This document shows, one piece after another, positions 9,453 to 19,050 of a DNA stretch of 64,000 nt. Positions within the stretch are counted from its first letter, which is position 1. Each line of letters opens with the position of its first letter. A program made the translations under genes and the position numbers. The stretch is from Dehalococcoidia bacterium UBA6495 (GTDB taxonomy: Bacteria; Chloroflexota; Dehalococcoidia; Lucifugimonadales; UBA826), in NCBI GenBank assembly GCA_002435305.1, contig DJMH01000116.1, forward strand, positions 23,913-87,912. The letters run 5' to 3'. Below the pieces are notes generated by a model. That model did no database searches. It saw nothing but the letters and a program-made list of their open reading frames with translations, and was not told where the DNA came from.

Positions 9453-10772
9453 ATGATTCAGGATAATTTAGGCACTTCTGAGCCAAAAACTTTTTACTGG
9501 CATTATGCCTGGATGATAGTTGCCATTATTGCTGGGATGCAGATAGTAGGCTCATCCATCAGAATGGCTTTTGGGGTGTTCATCGATCCATTGCAGACTC
9601 AATTTGGATGGAGTCAGGGTGGTATTGGATTCGCCTATGCAATTTGTAGCATAGTGTCAGCTGTTGTGGCTCCGTGGGCAGGCAATTTGGGTGATAGGTT
9701 TGGGGCAAAAAAATCTATGCTTGTCGGAACCTTTGTTTTTTTAATTGGTATGCTGGCTACCGCTTTTGTAAAAGATCTGTGGCAATTTTGGCTTACATAT
9801 GGGGTCATCCTCGGTATTGCTCAGGCAATTTTTCTTGTACCTCTTATACCCGCAGCTATGATCTGGTTTAGAAGGCACCTAGGTTTGGCTATGGGTCTCA
9901 TTATGGCTTCCTGGGGAGTAGGGCCTGCATTGGCCACGCCTTTTGTGGCCTTTATGATTCAGACATTTGGTTGGACTGTCGCTTTTGTCTCCATAGGGAT
10001 TGCTTCCACATTAATAATGCTGGCCTTGGTTTCTGTATTTAAAAACAGGCCCGCAGATGTAGGCGTTCAGGCGTATGGTACTTTCAAAGGTGATCCACCA
10101 CTTAGTGACAAACTCCCTCCTGCTATTCTTCTCGATGAGTTCAAGGGATACATGAGGAAAACTGCCGCCTTTTGGAATATGAGTTCTATTCATTTCCTTG
10201 GTTGCGTGGGGCATGCAGTGATCTTGATTTGGATAATTCCAATGGCCACTAGTAAAGGTATGAGTGCAATAGATGCTTCGCTAATTTTCACATTGTTTTC
10301 GGCAGTCAGCATAGTCACTAGGTTAACAACTCCGATTTTATGTGAAAGGTTGGGTGTGCGAACTGTAATGACAGTTTTTTACATCTTGCAGGGGGCAACA
10401 GTATTACTTTTGATATTCTCATCGATGGATGGGATGTTCTTAATATTTGCTGTTAGTTTTGGGGTTGGGTACGGAGGAGAAACTGGGGGATTCCCAATTC
10501 TAAATAGGAAATACTTCGGGCATGCGCCTATGGGAGGGGCGCATGGGTTTCAAATGCTGGGAGCTGGCGCAGGCATGGCATTGGGCGGTTGGATTGGAGG
10601 TCCAGTTTTTGATATTTTTGATTCCTATAATCCTGCATTCGCTATCAGTGTGGTAGCGAGTTTTGCAGGCGCCGTGAGTATTATTTTGCTAGAGAATCCT
10701 GCCAAACTATTGATACCGGATTGGCAAAAATCAGAAGAGAAATTCGAACAAAATTTAAAAATCACCACGTGA
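9453..10772 (+). CDS. MFS transporter (OFA-like)
   Basis: 439 aa, 12 predicted helices, 'GVFIDPLQTQFGWSQGGIGFAYAI'. Confidence 0.8.
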   Translation: MIQDNLGTSEPKTFYWHYAWMIVAIIAGMQIVGSSIRMAFGVFIDPLQTQFGWSQGGIGFAYAICSIVSAVVAPWAGNLGDRFGAKKSMLVGTFVFLIGMLATAFVKDLWQFWLTYGVILGIAQAIFLVPLIPAAMIWFRRHLGLAMGLIMASWGVGPALATPFVAFMIQTFGWTVAFVSIGIASTLIMLALVSVFKNRPADVGVQAYGTFKGDPPLSDKLPPAILLDEFKGYMRKTAAFWNMSSIHFLGCVGHAVILIWIIPMATSKGMSAIDASLIFTLFSAVSIVTRLTTPILCERLGVRTVMTVFYILQGATVLLLIFSSMDGMFLIFAVSFGVGYGGETGGFPILNRKYFGHAPMGGAHGFQMLGAGAGMALGGWIGGPVFDIFDSYNPAFAISVVASFAGAVSIILLENPAKLLIPDWQKSEEKFEQNLKITT

Positions 10773-10788
10773 GAATGGAGTTATTGAT

Positions 10789-12207
10789 ATGTCTAAATCA
10801 GAAATAGTTAATATGACTGCCACTGAAATGGTTAGATTAATTAAAACCAAGGGCATTTCAGCATCAGAGGTGATGGATGCCCACCTAAGTCAAATAAATT
10901 CTGTGAATCCTAAAGTAAACGCCATTGTTACCATTCATCCAGAGCTAGGAATAGACGGGGCCAAACTCGCAGATGAAGCAATTGCCAAAGGAGAAAATTT
11001 AGGGATATTACACGGACTTCCCACGGCCCATAAGGATTTAGTTCCGACTAAAGGTATTCGGACGACATACGGTTCTCCTTTGTATGCTGACTACATACCC
11101 GACTACAGTGCATTAATAGTGGAGAGGATGCAGAGAGCTGGGGCTATCACAATTGGCAAGACCAATACGCCGGAGTTCGGAGCAGGTTCCCAAACTTACA
11201 ATGAGGTATTTGGAGAAACTTTGAATCCTTATGACACCAGCACAACCTGTGGCGGCAGCAGTGGCGGTGCAGCTGTGGCCCTCGCTACTAGAATGGTCCC
11301 AATTGCTGATGGAAGTGATACCGGGGGGTCTTTACGTAACCCGGCAAACTTTTGTAATGTTGTCGGATTTAGGACATCTCCTGGTCGAGTACCTACTTAT
11401 CCATCCAAGGTGGGCTGGAGTCCAACATCAGTACAAGGTCCTATGGCCAGAACTGTTTCTGACTGTGCTCTTTTTTTGGCTGCTATAGCGGGGCCTGATT
11501 CTCGTGTTCCCATATCAATAAGTGAAAAGGGTGAAGTTTTTTTGGAATCTTTGGACAGGGATTTTCAGAGTACGAAAATCGCATGGAGTCAAGATTTGGG
11601 AGGATTACCAATCGATCCCCGAACCACCGCCGTAATTGAATCTCAGAGGTCAGTTTTTAAAGATATAGGATGCTTAATTGTGGAAACTGAGCCTGATTTT
11701 TCCGATGTAAATGAGCAGTTTTTGATTTGGCGGGGGTGGGGAAGAGAAATAAATCAGGGAGATAATTTAAGGAACAACAGAGATAAATTGAAAGATACAA
11801 TGATTTGGGATATTGAGCAGGGGGTCAAATTATCTGGACCCGATGTAGGATGGGCCGAAGCTAAAAGAATGGAATTGTTTCAACGCATGAACCAGTTTAT
11901 GAACGAATATGAATTTCTTATATGCCCTGTGAGCCAAAGACCCCCTTTTAATATTGAACAAAGATGGGTTTCTGAGATAAATGGCGTGAAAATGGAAAAC
12001 TTTATTGCTTGGATGAAATCCTGTTATTACATAACAGCCACAGGACATCCTGCGATTTCGGTTCCCTGTGGATTCACCGCTGAAGGCCTTCCAGTCGGAG
12101 TTCAGATCGTCGGTCGATATAGGGATGAATTTGGGGTCTTACAACTTGCTAAAGCTTTTGAAGACGCCACTGGATTCTGGAAATCAATCCCTCCTGTCTG
12201 CACTTAA
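10789..12207 (+). CDS. Amidase (amidase-signature family)
   Basis: 'GGSSGGAAVALA' and 'GSDTGGSLRNPA' AS-family motifs. Confidence 0.9.
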   Translation: MSKSEIVNMTATEMVRLIKTKGISASEVMDAHLSQINSVNPKVNAIVTIHPELGIDGAKLADEAIAKGENLGILHGLPTAHKDLVPTKGIRTTYGSPLYADYIPDYSALIVERMQRAGAITIGKTNTPEFGAGSQTYNEVFGETLNPYDTSTTCGGSSGGAAVALATRMVPIADGSDTGGSLRNPANFCNVVGFRTSPGRVPTYPSKVGWSPTSVQGPMARTVSDCALFLAAIAGPDSRVPISISEKGEVFLESLDRDFQSTKIAWSQDLGGLPIDPRTTAVIESQRSVFKDIGCLIVETEPDFSDVNEQFLIWRGWGREINQGDNLRNNRDKLKDTMIWDIEQGVKLSGPDVGWAEAKRMELFQRMNQFMNEYEFLICPVSQRPPFNIEQRWVSEINGVKMENFIAWMKSCYYITATGHPAISVPCGFTAEGLPVGVQIVGRYRDEFGVLQLAKAFEDATGFWKSIPPVCT

Positions 12208-12213
12208 CATGTT

Positions 12214-12894
12214 TCAACTTATGTCAGATGAGATCTCTCCAAGTGACATCTTTTGGATATCCGGAACTTGAGCTCCTTTCTCTGCGTAGCCTGCGACAAG
12301 GAGTAAAAATGGGCGTTCGTTTTTTGGGCGCTTAAATATTTTGTTCAAAAATCCCATAGGGCTAGGAGTATGCGTGAGAGTGGACAATCCTGCGTTGTGA
12401 AGGGCGGTTATTAGAATACCAGTAGCTATGCCCACCGATTCTGTCGCGTAGTAGTGTTTTACCCGGGAACCGTCCGGCAGCATTCCGTAACTTTTAACAA
12501 ATATGGCGATTAGGAATGGCGCAGTTTCTAGAAAAGGTTTATTGGCATCTGTCCCCAATGGTTCCAAGGCCTTTAACCATTCTGGGGACGCTTTTGTTTC
12601 ATAGAAGTCCCGTTCTTCTTTCTCAGCTTTTTCACGAATGATTTTACGAGCCTCTCCCCGACCTGAAACAGCGAAATGCCAAGGTTGCATATTTGCCCCG
12701 CTTGGAGCTGTTCCCGCGGCTAAAATGCAATTATCGATTATAGATCTGGATACCTCTTCCGAAGAAAAATCTCGCACAGTTCGACGCTGTTTAATGGTCA
12801 TATAGAATTCTTCAGATCTGGATTTCATCTCTTCATTACTAAAATGTTTTGCATTAGGCAATGGAACTAGTCTCGCATTCACTTTGTCCTCCAA
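12214..12894 (-). CDS. Iodotyrosine deiodinase (IYD)-like flavin-dependent dehalogenase, nitroreductase superfamily
   Basis: Near end-to-end by-eye similarity to human IYD recalled from memory (EEFY..RRTVRDFS, AGTAPSGANMQPW, VKHYY, LHNAGLSTLTHTP, VPD). See the corresponding finding. Confidence 0.75.
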   Translation of the reverse strand: MEDKVNARLVPLPNAKHFSNEEMKSRSEEFYMTIKQRRTVRDFSSEEVSRSIIDNCILAAGTAPSGANMQPWHFAVSGRGEARKIIREKAEKEERDFYETKASPEWLKALEPLGTDANKPFLETAPFLIAIFVKSYGMLPDGSRVKHYYATESVGIATGILITALHNAGLSTLTHTPSPMGFLNKIFKRPKNERPFLLLVAGYAEKGAQVPDIQKMSLGEISSDIS

Positions 12895-13008
12895 TAAATT
12901 AGATTATGGCAATTTTCAGATTCTTGGATAATCCTGTACGATTTCTCATCACGCTGATAATATCCTAGGTGAAATAGACGCGAATAATCCAGATGTGAAA
13001 GGTACATT

Positions 13009-14109
13009 ATGAAAATAACGAATGTTAAAGTTGAAATGTTCAATTGGACTACACAAGCTTGGAAGACTGGTGTTGGTACTTCATTTGGTAACACACGCCA
13101 ACTTGGGATCGTTACTGTCGAGACAGATGAAGGTATAAATGGCAATTCATTTTTGGGTTCTTCACGTGTTGGGGCGGATCATTTTGCCCCAGGATTAATA
13201 GAATTTATCAAACCATTGATTATGGGTCGGAATCCTCAGGATATCGGTGCCATTTGGTGGGATATGTGGAAAATGAATCGGTCTGTGTCTACGAATGTCA
13301 TAGGTGCTATCGATATTTGCCTGTGGGATATAAATGGAAAAATAGCCCAGCAGCCAATACACCGGCTATTAGGTACCTGTAAAGAATCAGTTCCTGTTTA
13401 CTCTAGCACCGCATTTCATGACACAAAAGAGGAATATGCGGAAGAGGCAATCAAATTCAAAGAGATGGGTTGGACTGCACACAAGATCCATCCACATGGG
13501 AATCCTGCTTACGATATTGAAATATCGCAGGCAGTGCGGGAAGCGGTAGGAGGTGATATGAAACTTATGTTGGACTCGATGTGGGCCTACCAATATGAAG
13601 ATGCAATGAGAGTAGGGAGGGCCATTGAAGAACTGAATTTCTACTGGTATGAGGACCCTTTGGTCGAAGAAGATATTTATAACTATGTAAAATTGCATGA
13701 TAAATTAGACATACCGATTATGTCTACTGAATATGCTCCGGGAAGATATTACGGAATGACCCAATGGATAACCCAGTATGCAACTGACATACTAAGGGGA
13801 GATGTGGCCGTGACTGGAGGAATTACTCCAATGGTTCGGCTTTGTCATCTTGCTGAAGGTTTCAATATGAAATGTGAGATTCATCATGGTGGTAATTCAT
13901 TAAACAACGTAGCGAATTTGCACATAACCATGGCAGTGCCTAACTGTGAATTTTTTGAATTTTTCCCATGCACAGGGGCCAATATGTTTGGGCTTGTGGA
14001 GGATATTCAATTTGAAGGTGGTGTGGTTCATGCACCGACCAAACCAGGGCTTGGATATGAGATTGACTGGGATATGCTGAAAAACCAATACACAGCTACA
14101 GCTGAATAA
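13009..14109 (+). CDS. Enolase-superfamily enzyme (mandelate racemase/muconate lactonizing enzyme family)
   Basis: 'MKITNV..', candidate metal ligands in 'LMLDSM', 'YEDP' and 'MSTEY', and a His in 'EIHHGG'. Confidence 0.8.
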   Translation: MKITNVKVEMFNWTTQAWKTGVGTSFGNTRQLGIVTVETDEGINGNSFLGSSRVGADHFAPGLIEFIKPLIMGRNPQDIGAIWWDMWKMNRSVSTNVIGAIDICLWDINGKIAQQPIHRLLGTCKESVPVYSSTAFHDTKEEYAEEAIKFKEMGWTAHKIHPHGNPAYDIEISQAVREAVGGDMKLMLDSMWAYQYEDAMRVGRAIEELNFYWYEDPLVEEDIYNYVKLHDKLDIPIMSTEYAPGRYYGMTQWITQYATDILRGDVAVTGGITPMVRLCHLAEGFNMKCEIHHGGNSLNNVANLHITMAVPNCEFFEFFPCTGANMFGLVEDIQFEGGVVHAPTKPGLGYEIDWDMLKNQYTATAE

Positions 14110-14183
14110 AAAAGCCCGTCAGGTCGATTGAAAATCAAGACATCATTTAGTTTGGACAAGTCTTTGATCGTGTTTGAGCGGGT

Positions 14184-15434
14184 ATGAAATTACCCACCAT
14201 ACACACCTTAGATTCATTGCGGGCCTATCCTGATTATCGATATTTGTGGACGGCAAACTTTTGTGCAAATACCGCACAATGGTTGCAGTTACTTACAATA
14301 GGATGGCTAGTAAAATCCCTTACTGAAAATGGTTCTAATTCTGCCTTGCTTGTGGTGGGCATAGGTGGTGCTGTGGCTTTACCTGGGATTATTATTGGTC
14401 CTTGGGGTGGTGTTTTAGGTGACCGGTTAAATCGGAAGAAGCTGGTTATTTGCCTTGAAATATTTATGGTTCTGCTGGCTCTTTCCTTCGCTTTGTTGCT
14501 TCGGACAGGATCCGTCCTTGTGTGGCATGTGTATACATTTGCACTGCTGGCAGGGTGCTGTGAAGCACTAAAAATGCCTATCCGCCAAGCTCTTATCGCT
14601 AATACCGTTCCCTTCCATGCTCTTAGCAACGCATATGCTACTAGTGTTCTTACGATACCTGGTACCAGAATGATTGGCCCATTTATTGGCGGTATCATCG
14701 TTTCAAATGTGGGATTTTTTTGGAATTTCACCATTGAAGCACTCCTGTATCTAGGGGTCATAGTGGCTCTAATCCCAATGTCTACTCCTTATTTCATAAA
14801 ACGAGATTTTGTTACGAGTTTTGGAGTGTCACAGATGTTTACCGATATGGCGGATGGGTTCAAGTATTTGTGGAAACAACAGCGTCCATTGTCATTCATT
14901 TATATGTTGTCTGCGGCACCAAATGTTGTTTTGCATCCCGTCATATTTTTGTTGCCTTTGTTCACTACAGACGTTCTTCATAGAGATGTTGAATATGGTG
15001 GCTACATGATGGCGGTCAACGGAGCCGGTGGATTGCTAATGGTTTTTGTATTTTCTGCATTTGGATTTCCAAAATGGCGGGGCATGCTCTGTATTCTTTC
15101 TGCGCTTTGTGGTGCCATTATGACTCTTTTATTAAGCCAATCCTTGTGGATAACTCCAGCTTTTTTGGCCCTTGCAATTTTTGGTGCTACTCAGACTGCA
15201 TTTAGAACGACAACTGGTGTTTTAACTCAAACATTAGCGGAAGACCAATATAGGGTCCGGGCGATGAGTGCTTATCGAATTGGTATGGGAATGGTCGTTT
15301 TCTTTAGTTTTTTTGTGGGTTGGATGGCAGGGATCACTTCTGTTCGACTAACCTTGTTGTTTATGGGGGCTCTTGGCGTTGCTATTTCAATTATATTTTG
15401 GATCTTCTCCCCGGCAGTGCGAAATCAGGATTAA
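14184..15434 (+). CDS. MFS transporter (MFS_3 type)
   Basis: 416 aa, polytopic. 'YPDYRYLWTANFCANTAQWLQLLTIGWLV' is typical of the subfamily. Confidence 0.8.
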   Translation: MKLPTIHTLDSLRAYPDYRYLWTANFCANTAQWLQLLTIGWLVKSLTENGSNSALLVVGIGGAVALPGIIIGPWGGVLGDRLNRKKLVICLEIFMVLLALSFALLLRTGSVLVWHVYTFALLAGCCEALKMPIRQALIANTVPFHALSNAYATSVLTIPGTRMIGPFIGGIIVSNVGFFWNFTIEALLYLGVIVALIPMSTPYFIKRDFVTSFGVSQMFTDMADGFKYLWKQQRPLSFIYMLSAAPNVVLHPVIFLLPLFTTDVLHRDVEYGGYMMAVNGAGGLLMVFVFSAFGFPKWRGMLCILSALCGAIMTLLLSQSLWITPAFLALAIFGATQTAFRTTTGVLTQTLAEDQYRVRAMSAYRIGMGMVVFFSFFVGWMAGITSVRLTLLFMGALGVAISIIFWIFSPAVRNQD

Positions 15435-15590
15435 ATTATAGAGTATTTCACCCGTGATGCCCGGCCCCATGCTGCGGTTTAGAACTTTACCAGTAAGTAT
15501 TTGTGAGTTAGTATTTGGGAATCTTAATTCCTGTTTTTAATAACATATTCATCTCAATAGACTAATATTCCCATCAAAAAGATTCTGTAA

Positions 15591-16931
15591 TTGGAAAGTA
15601 TCCAAACTTTGTTTCAAAGTGCCAAAAATAAACTAGCCGAAAGACGAAAAAACACGTTCTATGGTTGGTATCTGGTTCCAGTCTTTGGCGCTCTAATGAT
15701 GATAGCTACTACTCCTCTTTTCCATGCCATGGGTATCTGGGCCGTTGCAATGGAAAGGGCCTTTGGGTGGAATAGGACTCAACTGTCTCTAGCATTATCG
15801 TTTACGAGGATTGAAGGTGGTATTTTAGGCCCTGTCGAAGGTTATCTAGTAGATAGGTTTGGCACTAAGCGCATGGTTTTAATAGGTATGATAATCATGG
15901 GGTTTGGGTGGATAGTATTCAGCCGTATAAATCATTTGTTGATTTTCTATTTTTCTTATCTGCTTATTGCTCTTGGTCAAGGTTTAGGTAGTTGGCTGGC
16001 TCTAAATACTATGATGAACAATTGGTTCGTCAGAAGACGATCCTTTGCCATGGGTCTGTCTAATGCCCTCTCGAGGTTTGGATCATTATTCTTTGTACCG
16101 CTGCTAGCCTGGCTTATCGACCCAGATTTTTTAGATAGGCCGGGGTGGAGTTTAACTGCGTTTATCCTAGCTATAGTTACTATATTGCTGGCCTTTCCGT
16201 TGACTAGCCTTCTTAGAGATAGACCCGAAGATTATGGATTGCTTCCTGACGGAGATACAGAAGAAGACATTGAAAGACGGAACAAGGAAGCTTTAATCAG
16301 TGGTGTAAAAATCGAGCAAGAGTATGATTTCACGGTATCACAGGCTTTGAGAGCCCCGGCCTTTTGGTTTATAAGCCTTGGCCATGGATTTACATCGATG
16401 GTTTTGTTGGCATTTATGTTGCATCTTGCGCCTATGATGACAGATCAAGGATACAGTTTGCAGACGGCTGCATTTGTTGTTTCAGCATACACAGCGGTTT
16501 CTATGGTATTCCAATTAATTGGCGGGTATGTTGGGGACCGGATTGCGAAAAATGTGGCACTAATGATGTTTACTTTATGTCAGGCCCTTGGGGTTTTTGT
16601 TTTAACTTTTGGACCTTCCAATCTTTTTTCGGCCTACGGATTTGCTTTGTTGTTCGGGATAGGGTTTGGTGGAAGGAATCCTATTTCATCTTCCATACGA
16701 GGAGATTATTTTGGTAGAAAAAATTATGGCAAGATAATGGGGATATCTCAGGTGCCAATGAACGTGCTGTTGCTGATTGGACCAGTTTTTGCTGGGGTAA
16801 TGCGTGATTCAACTGGCACCTATCAAACAGCGTTCGCTGTACTTGGGGTGTTAGCAGTTGTTGGAGGGTTTTGCTTCCTGTTTGCAAAAAAGCCTATCCC
16901 ATCTGATGCTTATATAGCCAACCCCAATTAA
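15591..16931 (+). CDS. MFS transporter
   Basis: 446 aa, about 12 helices, 'ERAFGWNRTQLSLALSF'. TTG start is uncertain. Confidence 0.75.
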   Translation: MESIQTLFQSAKNKLAERRKNTFYGWYLVPVFGALMMIATTPLFHAMGIWAVAMERAFGWNRTQLSLALSFTRIEGGILGPVEGYLVDRFGTKRMVLIGMIIMGFGWIVFSRINHLLIFYFSYLLIALGQGLGSWLALNTMMNNWFVRRRSFAMGLSNALSRFGSLFFVPLLAWLIDPDFLDRPGWSLTAFILAIVTILLAFPLTSLLRDRPEDYGLLPDGDTEEDIERRNKEALISGVKIEQEYDFTVSQALRAPAFWFISLGHGFTSMVLLAFMLHLAPMMTDQGYSLQTAAFVVSAYTAVSMVFQLIGGYVGDRIAKNVALMMFTLCQALGVFVLTFGPSNLFSAYGFALLFGIGFGGRNPISSSIRGDYFGRKNYGKIMGISQVPMNVLLLIGPVFAGVMRDSTGTYQTAFAVLGVLAVVGGFCFLFAKKPIPSDAYIANPN

Positions 16932-17998
16932 AATTCTGCAGTAGCCACATCGGGTATTGAATTCGGATGCACATCCATAGATTCTGCAACTAGGCGGTAG
17001 GATTTTTTCCTGTCGTCGAAGTAGTAGCAATTGGATACTATTCCTATATCAGGGGTTTGATAGCGTTCTGATGATGAGAGGATTCCTTCTTTTACCTGGT
17101 CGGGGTCACCTTCTATATAGCTTTGAGTAGTTTGTTCCAAATAGGCTCTGACATTTTCGTCTAACGGCCATACGGAAGCTTCTTCCGGGGGTAACAAACC
17201 CTTCGTCTTGAGTCCCATTGTCGATATAATTTTGTTTATGCTTCTTGAAGATCCAACAAATTTAGCTTTCTCTTCTGTATCGGCGCATATCACTTGCAGG
17301 CCCACATTTACTTTGGGTTCCGATAAATAGTCAGACGGTTTGAAGTTATTTCTATATAAATCAGTAACTTGTGGACCGTATTCCGAGGTGTTTCCGAAAA
17401 AATCTGCGAAGCTAAAAGGAAGGCCCATTTCTGCTGCTAATCTAGCACTGTAATCACTTGATCCTAGGAGCCACACTGACGGGTATGTTTCTTTACCTGA
17501 AGATTGAGCCCTAATACCTGAGAGAGGATGATCATCTTCCACCTCATCTTCCAGAAAATTTAACAGGTCCTTGACCATTTGAGGAAAGTCACTGAATACG
17601 TCCATTGTGGGTCTTGGATATGTTAAAGCGGCGGCAGTTCTTCTATCGCTCCCAGGGGCTCTGCCGATGCCGAGGTCAATTCTGTCTGGGTGAAAAGAAT
17701 CCAATACACTGAATTGTTCAGCCACTTTAAGCGCAGAGTAATGGCTTAACATAACACCGCCGCTTCCGACACGAATAGTAGAGGTTTTTGCTGCTATCTG
17801 TCCTATTAGAATTTCTGGACTCGTTCCGGAAAAAGAGTTGGAATTATGGTGTTCCGCTACCCAGTACCTGGAATATCCAAGATTTTCTGTATGTATTGCC
17901 AGTTCAACTGACTCATTTAGCGCATCGGCAGGGGTGCCACCACGTCGAATCGGTGATTGGTCTACCACCGTTAGCTTTATGTCTTTTATAGATGCCAT
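16928..17998 (-). CDS. LLM-class (luciferase-like) flavin-dependent oxidoreductase
   Basis: 'LGYSRYWVAEHHNS..SGTSPEILIGQIAAKTSTIRVGSGGVMLSHYSALKVAEQF..DLGIGRAPG'. Confidence 0.85.
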   Translation of the reverse strand: MASIKDIKLTVVDQSPIRRGGTPADALNESVELAIHTENLGYSRYWVAEHHNSNSFSGTSPEILIGQIAAKTSTIRVGSGGVMLSHYSALKVAEQFSVLDSFHPDRIDLGIGRAPGSDRRTAAALTYPRPTMDVFSDFPQMVKDLLNFLEDEVEDDHPLSGIRAQSSGKETYPSVWLLGSSDYSARLAAEMGLPFSFADFFGNTSEYGPQVTDLYRNNFKPSDYLSEPKVNVGLQVICADTEEKAKFVGSSRSINKIISTMGLKTKGLLPPEEASVWPLDENVRAYLEQTTQSYIEGDPDQVKEGILSSSERYQTPDIGIVSNCYYFDDRKKSYRLVAESMDVHPNSIPDVATAEF

Positions 17999-18102
17999 AT
18001 TTGTAAAGACAGGATAACAAAGTACCTACCTAGCTGTCTCCATTAAGCTAGGTAAGGTAAAATCCTGTTTTATGTTATCCCTGCAACAGGTTCATATAAA
18101 TT

Positions 18103-19050
18103 TTGACCGATTCGGAAGAAAAAGTAGATACGCTTGAAAAAAGAAAGCCGGCGGGGCTGATACCCACTGTCTTTCAGATATTTCTCTCTTTGCTTTGGGG
18201 AGGCAATCACGTAAGTATAAAAGCATCCCTTGAGTATGCGTCACCTTTACAAGTTGGATGGATGAGATTTGTGCTGGGAGGGACGGTAACTTTTGCTTAC
18301 ATGCTCCTCAGAAAAGAGTCTTTTACAGTTAGCAAAAGTGAAATCCGTCCACTTCTAATAGTAGGGGCCCTTTTTACAGTACAGATTATGTTCATGAATG
18401 TAGGTCAACATTTGACTACTGCCGGGCACGCCACCGCGTTAAATTCCACTTACCCTATTTGGGCGGCAGTAATAGCCCATTTCTTGGTTCCAGCCGACAC
18501 TCTTAATCGATGGAAAGTACTGGCAATTGTTCTGTCCTACGTAGGTATACTGACGATAGTTTTTGGGGATGTGGGAATTGTCGTACCCGGTGTTACCATA
18601 GAAGGTGACTTGATGAGTCTTTTGTCAGCCATTTTGTTGGGGTTGCGGCTGGTTTTGATGTCTAATTTTGCCCAAAACATGTCTGAGGCGAAAATTATGT
18701 TTGGGCAACTTGTTATAGGGATAACGTTATTTTTCATAGGCAGTTTGCTTTTCGAATCCCCTCAATACACTATTGAACCAAGATTTTGGTTAGCGCTTGC
18801 CTATCAAGGATTTGTGATCGCCGGATTCGGGTTTCTTGCCAATGCATGGTTGGTAACGAAATATTTACCTTCAACAGTAACATTTTACTCATTTATACAA
18901 CCACCTGCCGGTGTTTTATTGGCCTGGTTGGTTCTTTCAGAGGATCCAGGCCGAGGATTGCTAGGAGGCCTTGTATTTGTAGTTGCGGGTGCTATTACAT
19001 TTGGCTCTGAGTCGTTCATTAAAGCTAAGAGACGGGAGGTTTTAGTCTAA
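18103..19050 (+). CDS. EamA/DMT family transporter
   Basis: 315 aa, 10 predicted helices in two EamA-like halves. TTG start. Confidence 0.7.
   Translation: MTDSEEKVDTLEKRKPAGLIPTVFQIFLSLLWGGNHVSIKASLEYASPLQVGWMRFVLGGTVTFAYMLLRKESFTVSKSEIRPLLIVGALFTVQIMFMNVGQHLTTAGHATALNSTYPIWAAVIAHFLVPADTLNRWKVLAIVLSYVGILTIVFGDVGIVVPGVTIEGDLMSLLSAILLGLRLVLMSNFAQNMSEAKIMFGQLVIGITLFFIGSLLFESPQYTIEPRFWLALAYQGFVIAGFGFLANAWLVTKYLPSTVTFYSFIQPPAGVLLAWLVLSEDPGRGLLGGLVFVVAGAITFGSESFIKAKRREVLV

Noticed and set aside
14234-14761. Long antisense ORFs occur opposite strongly supported genes (this one, plus 41589-41984, 44692-45135, 51906-52307, 52453-52821, 62800-63210 and many of 60-110 aa).
   Set aside because: Each lies fully inside a gene with clear family motifs on the other strand. 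None has recognisable motifs of its own. They are typical shadow ORFs.
15497-15526. A short direct repeat AGTATTTG...AGTATTTG lies upstream of the MFS gene at 15591.
   Set aside because: The repeat is only 8 nt in an AT-rich intergenic region, which is well within chance expectation.
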